A DNA stretch of 64,000 nucleotides from Eledone cirrhosa (Eukaryota). This document shows, one piece after another, positions 61,176-64,000 of this stretch; position 1 is the first letter of the stretch, and every line of letters begins with the position of its first letter. The notes under the pieces were generated by a model. That model worked only from the letters and a program-made list of their open reading frames with translations. It was not told the origin of the DNA and ran no database searches. The stretch is from assembly GCA_964016885.1 (NCBI GenBank), contig OZ024740.1, positions 357,368,001-357,432,000 of the forward strand, read 5' to 3'. The translations under genes were made by a program, and so were the position numbers.

Positions 61176-61297
61176 TGATTGCTTCCAAACTAATTGTAAT
61201 TGATTAAGACTCAGACTGGTAATTTACAAAACATGTGTTACATGTGATTACGGTTAAAACATATTGAACTGAACTTCAATCTCCTTTTCAATATATA

Positions 61298-61660
61298 TCA
61301 TCATCATCATCATCATCATTTAACATCCATTTTTCCATGCTAGCATGGGTTAGACGAGTTGTCTTGTTGTGAGACAAGTCGGATCAGATGACCGTATCTT
61401 GCTCATACAGAACTGTTTCTAACTTGTTTTCTATGACTGGATACCCTTCTTAATGGCAACCACATCTACAGCGTGCACCGAGTGCTTTTTATTGTGGCAC
61501 CAAAACATCCACTTTACAGAGTGGACTTGGCCCTTTTTGTTGTCACAAACACAACCAACTGTCAAATTGGACTGGATACTTTTAATCATGGCACCAAAAC
61601 AACCACTTTACAGTATGGACAGGGCCCTTTTTGTCATGTCACCAACACAACCAACTGGCA
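61298..61660 (-). mobile_element. Diverged RTE 3' UTR copy
   Basis: (CAT)n tail, then TTTTCCATGCTAGCATGGGTTAGACG and TGGATACCCTTC blocks. Confidence 0.65.
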
Positions 61661-62167
61661 GGTTATATTAGCAGAGAATAGAATATAGACAGAGCTATAT
61701 AACAGAAGTAGTAAATAATAATTGAAACAAGAATATATAAACCAGGGATGGAAATTGGAAGGGGTATGCGAGAATATGGCATATACCTAGTTTTCAACAA
61801 CTTAAGGAGACATAATATTAGCTATCCATTGTCAAGATTCTATCAATAAAAATTACTTGTTTATTTAATATAATTATGCATGTATATTTTTATTCAGTTC
61901 ACCTGATAATTTCTTTATTATAGATTTATTGTTTGATATTTATTTATAATTCAGTTCCCATAATACAGATCAATTTATAATATACTATACAGTAAGACTG
62001 GTAGACAATTCTGTCTGGTCCTCTGGGAGTTAGGTGAGAAAGGTGACTTGTGGCTTTGTGAAAGATAATATAATGCAATGTGAGGTCAGGTTGAGTATGT
62101 ACATGGATCTCAGCTCTCTCACAACTATCCATTGGGTAGAGGAGGGAATAAAGTTGCCATTTGAGTT

Positions 62168-62665
62168 TCATCATCATCATCAACATTTAACGTCCGTGTT
62201 CCACGCTTGCATGGGTTTGGACGGGGGTTTTCCCACTTGAGGCAAGAGTGATTGTCTTGCTCGCATAGGACTGTCTGGCAGGTTTTCTACAGTTGGATGC
62301 CCTTCCTAACACCAACCACATTTACAGTGTGGGGCTGGGAGGTTTTTACCGTGTTGCCTACACGGCCACATTACAGCGTGGACTGTGTTTTTTTGTCGTG
62401 ACACCTACACGATCTCATTTGTTTCGGCCTGGATGGCGCGGCACCAACATAACTTTACATAGAAGGGGGCGGTGTGGATGGGGCGGGGGTGTATTTTGTT
62501 AGAGATGCCTACTGACTGTAGTAGGTTTTACTTTGTATTTAGGTAAGGCGGGTCTTCTCTATTACTGAGTACCGCCAAAGGTCTCGGTCCAGTGACATTG
62601 TCTTGGTGAGGTGTAAGTGTGTGAGGTCGGAGTTTATCAGCTCGTCCCAGGTTTTTCTGGGTCTG
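62168..62665 (-). mobile_element. Young RTE 3' fragment, inverted relative to 53919-54437
   Basis: Near-identical reverse complement including the last ORF codons (RKTWDELINSD..EKTRLT). Confidence 0.92.
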
Positions 62666-63937
62666 ATTATCATAAATCTTGATTATCATAAATTAATGAA
62701 TACATAGGACAAAAAAGGTGGAGGTGCATGGCTAGTGAAGGCGCATGGCTTAGAGGTTAGAGAATTGGGTTCACAATCGTGTGGTTGCAAGTTTGATTTG
62801 CAGACTAGGCAATGCAGTATGTCTTTGAGCAAGACACATTATCTGATGTTGCACCTTCTGCCAGGAGTTACAACTGGTAGATAGTATCAGCAATGGAAAG
62901 ACAAATGGAAACTTTGTTTCCTTGGTTTGATTTGACGAGTTTAACCTCACTTGGTAAGCGAATGAAGTCTGGGGTCTCGTCAATTGATTCCACTACAATA
63001 CAGCTCTGTTCATATTGCTAGTCTATTCTGGCTCCTATCTACCTCACACATCTGTCTATATTGCTGATCTAATCTATCCCCTATGCATGGCTGGGTCGTC
63101 GGCGACCAAACCAGCAACCCCACCAATCTTGCTTGGTCAGGAGGTAATTTTGAACACTCTGCGGGATGAAAAACAAAACCTGTCAAAGGGCAGAGGAGCT
63201 CAGGAGAGTTAACGGCCATCCAACAATTTTTTTGTGGAGCGAGAGACTCCTAGTCATCATTAAAACATCTCTTTTGGTCACTCTGATGAAAAACGTGCGA
63301 GTTTGTTTGTACCCAATGATATAAACCAATTCTTCTTTTGGGGTAAATGCATTCTATGTTCAGAGAGAGGGATTGGCCCTGAGCAAAGCCTTTCCTCACT
63401 TAAAAAAGCTTCAAGCACAGGCATCACTTGATGTGACATTTTTTGCGATACATGGTATTGTTGGCCATATGTAAGTCCCTAGCAGGACTCAAAGCCACGT
63501 CCGTGATGTTCATGCTTAAGTATCAAGCGATGGCATTACTCAAAATCAAGTTGCAGCCATCATATCATCATCATCGTTTAACGTCTATCCTCCACGCTAG
63601 CATGGGTTTATATATGTGTGTGTGTGTGTCCATGTATATACACATGTAGTGGCCAACAGCCATGTCCATATGTATCCATCTTTGGATGAGGATCAGATCA
63701 GATGGCATTAGGAAGGGCATCCAGCCATAGAAACCAAGCCAAAATCAGTTCTGTGTGAGTAAAATTTAGTCCTTCAACCTGGATCTCTCACAACAGGACA
63801 GCCCATCCTACCCATGTTAGCGTGGAAAATGGATGTTAAACGATGATGGTGTGTTTGTGTGTGTGCATTTATATAGTGTCTGAAACACAAAGACTCTCTA
63901 TATCAAGTGTTAAAGTAATATATTTCTTCTTTGCATT

Positions 63938-64000
63938 TCATCATCATCATCATCATCAGCGTTTAACGTCCGTGTTCCACGCTTGCATGGGTTTGGACGG
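63938..64000 (-). mobile_element. RTE 3' end running off the window
   Basis: (CAT)n tail plus TTTAACGTCCGTGTTCCACGCTTGCATGGGTTTGGACGG, identical to the 62168-62665 copy. Confidence 0.85.

Noticed and set aside
61944-62186. Candidate upstream ERGIC2 exon
   Set aside because: No ACR.HG..VNKVAGNFHI-type motif was found here or elsewhere in 59803-64000, so the next exon probably lies beyond the window.

Overview
AT-rich, microsatellite-saturated animal genomic DNA. The repeat landscape ((TA)n/(GA)n/(CA)n everywhere, tRNA-headed SINEs, RTE LINEs) suggests a coleoid cephalopod such as Octopus; this is an inference. The only host gene I can support is the 3' part of ERGIC2 (Erv41 family) on the minus strand: five GT-AG exons between 59802 and 46728 that splice in frame, with the 5' exons apparently outside the window. 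The rest is mostly mobile DNA: a decayed full-length Ty3/Gypsy element of CsRn1-lineage type (23186-28124), a young non-coding LTR element with the same cis-signals (36218-38384), Tx1/L1-, RTE-, CRE- and Penelope-like retroelement fragments, a mariner relic, hAT/piggyBac/Tc1 MITEs, many SINE copies and minisatellites. Nearly all ORFs in the supplied track are microsatellite read-throughs. The most notable signals are: (i) a dispersed repeat family carrying minimal type I hammerhead ribozymes with covarying stems, physically joined to a Penelope-like GIY-YIG tail; (ii) a primer-binding site that copies about 32 nt of tRNA-Trp, past m1A58; (iii) a PHD finger inserted in a young RTE reverse transcriptase; (iv) a TSD-flanked insertion of two divergent tRNA-like units with Pol III terminators; (v) an unusual density of near-perfect palindromes; (vi) a minisatellite born from an RT coding motif. 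All alignments and folds were done by eye; no searches were run.
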